From: Convolutriloba macropyga
Taxonomy: Eukaryota
Length of the DNA: 64,000 nucleotides
Assembly (NCBI RefSeq): GCF_964194025.1
Contig: NC_134470.1
Coordinates: 3,348,001-3,412,000, forward strand
Direction: 5' to 3'
Below are positions 62,051 through 64,000 of the stretch, one piece after another (positions within the stretch are counted from its first letter, which is position 1; each line of letters opens with the position of its first letter). The notes under the pieces are model-generated. The model saw only the letters and a list, made by a program, of their open reading frames with translations, had not been told where the DNA came from and did no database searches. A program made the position numbers and the translations under genes.

Positions 62051-62419
62051 TTTGACCTCCATTACGGTATGCACCCATCCCCCAAATTGCAGATCACGTG
62101 TTTTGACATAGATTATGATTAGCTGAGTATCTGGCGCATGCTGTTGAGGTTGCAAATAATATCTACCCACTAAGCTTTAGTGGTGGGGCAAAAGAAAAAG
62201 ACCTTAAAGTTTTGTGCAATTTTATTCTTTAACTGCGCATATTTTGAATAGTATTGCATTGTGAGAGGCAGAGAGGGAAAAAATCCAAATTAGCTTTGGG
62301 GGCAATTCATTTTGAATTTCACTAATTAACAAAAAAGAAAAATTTTATTAGAATCCGAGTATTTAGTGTTTAAGAACTGAGGAAATCCTCTCGTTTAAAA
62401 GTTTTCTGATCATCGAACA

Positions 62420-63550
62420 TATTCAGCTCCGTCTCTTGTTGAATATAATTTCCAGCCTGCTTAGCTCGAATGAAGATTTCTGTATCAGGGAAGCATTTCC
62501 TACGTTTTGCGACTTTACATTTAGTCTTTTTTGGAATTTTGAAGATAATAAAAATTTAGTTTTTGCAGTACATTTTATTAAAGAGCTGTAAATTTTTGTG
62601 CTCCGGGAACAGACTGGCAGGCAGTGAGCTACATTTGTGCAGCTTTTCAACATAATCTTTTCTGTTCGAGAACCATTTTGATGGTTGCTTTTGAAAAATT
62701 TCCTTTCTCTGCAAATCATCATTTGCCAAGACCCCGGATGCGTGGGATAAGAACAGAATAATGAAAGAGCGATAAATTAAATTTGATGGAACTGCATGTT
62801 TTAGGGCAGATTGCATTTCAAACATAGACAGCTCCAATGTGCCTTATGAAGCTTTACTGTCACATGTTCACTCCATTTCAATTTTTTAAAAAATGTTCAC
62901 TCCATTTCAAAGATTAAGCACTGAATCAGTTGCAACAAAAATTTTTACCATTAAAATGTAATTTTTTAATGCTCGAGCCCTGCCTATTACTAAACACAAA
63001 GTTGTCGGTAAATTGAACTGAATTCCATTCTCTTCATTCCAGGAATAAAAATAAGCCAGATCTTTTTCCAGGCTCTCTTTCGAATTGTACCTCGGATAGT
63101 GTGAACATAACTCACTAAGGCAAATAATTTGCAGACGGAAACAGATACTTGACGTTTCACCGTTCAAAAATTCTGGAACGAAATCGGGACCGCATCCAGG
63201 TGTTGATGAACAATAACTCCTTGACGTCGTCCACACTACCGGGCAGATCTTCAAACTCTACATTAGGGATGTTCGTGAAACTAGTATCTGAAGTGATTTA
63301 CACGCCAGCAAAGAGGTTAATTTTAAGTTATTGTGAAACAAGAGGCTAATTCAACACCTACTTCAAAGTTTTCATTAAAAGAACACGCTGAAAGTTCGTA
63401 AGGTTTTGAGAAAAACGTTCGAGAAACATGGCTGTATCTAATCCTATTAAATCTTTACAGTCTTTTTCCAGAATTGTATGATGGCATATATCTTTATTTC
63501 TGAGCTGTTTGAGGCAAAAACTTTCCTCCTATTCAAGAGATGTATTGTAT
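62420..63550 (-). mobile_element. Degraded CR1/L2/Jockey-like LINE ORF2 (RT C-half and thumb)
   Basis: LEKDLAYFYSWNEENGIQFN (LQxDLxxLxxWxxxNxxxFN) and LIYRSFI..LSHASGV....EIFQKQ..KW....DYVEKL....LP. Confidence 0.7.
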
Positions 63551-64000
63551 GAGAGGTATAAAATGTGGGATAAAACACCTCTTTTGCCCTCTTTAATCAA
63601 AATATTTACATAAAATTTATTTCCGAGGTTCGTTTAATTTCATGATGCTTTTTAGCACTGCGATGAACCCTCATATACTTGATTTCTTAAATCTTCTGAT
63701 TCTTCATTGTTTCTTAATTTACTTTAGATCTATAATTGAAATTTCATAAATGTAAATACATTTTATTTTAACTTATTCAATTCGACATCAATTTTAACTT
63801 AACCTCACAGTGAAAACCTAGTTCGAAAACGTGCGTTTTTTCACAGAAAATTCATTTGAATTGACAAAATGTTTCCTCATCTTTTTTCGGATCTGTCAGC
63901 AAATGAAGTGAGAAACTGCTCCGAAAACACGTGTAGAAAGCCTTGAGTTTTGCTGCGTAGAAAATAAAAATCCTCAGCGCGTTGAATGAATGTAAGATCG

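Overview
This is AT-rich eukaryotic (animal-type) genomic DNA with two N-gaps; I cannot identify the species. The backbone is a tandem pair of minus-strand ADAM (M12B) metalloprotease genes. ADAM-B contributes only its 3' exons (50918-47606: Cys-rich, EGF, short hydrophobic tail). ADAM-A has seven reconstructable exons (42756-4035: signal, prodomain, catalytic, disintegrin), a recently duplicated copy of exon 7, and runs off the left edge. Introns and flanks are packed with mobile DNA: a nearly complete Mag-type Gypsy element (5-bp TSD, tRNA-Ser PBS), a degraded LTR element carrying a class-III (chuvirus-G/herpes-gB-like) env plus extra ORFs, a CRE-clade RLE non-LTR element, a Tc1 transposon, BEL/Pao fragments interleaved with three Penelope-like copies, a CR1/Jockey-like LINE fragment and many MITEs. 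The most unusual signals are: (1) a PHD-like zinc finger apparently inserted inside the catalytic core of the Penelope RT; (2) the env-plus-accessory-ORF retroelement; (3) a 49-aa Asp/Tyr/N-glycan-rich loop next to the ADAM-A zinc site; (4) three non-GT splice donors in ADAM-A, one in an intron bounded by a 9-bp direct repeat; (5) MITEs carrying tRNA-like Pol III cassettes. All calls come from manual reading and motif recognition; no database searches were run.
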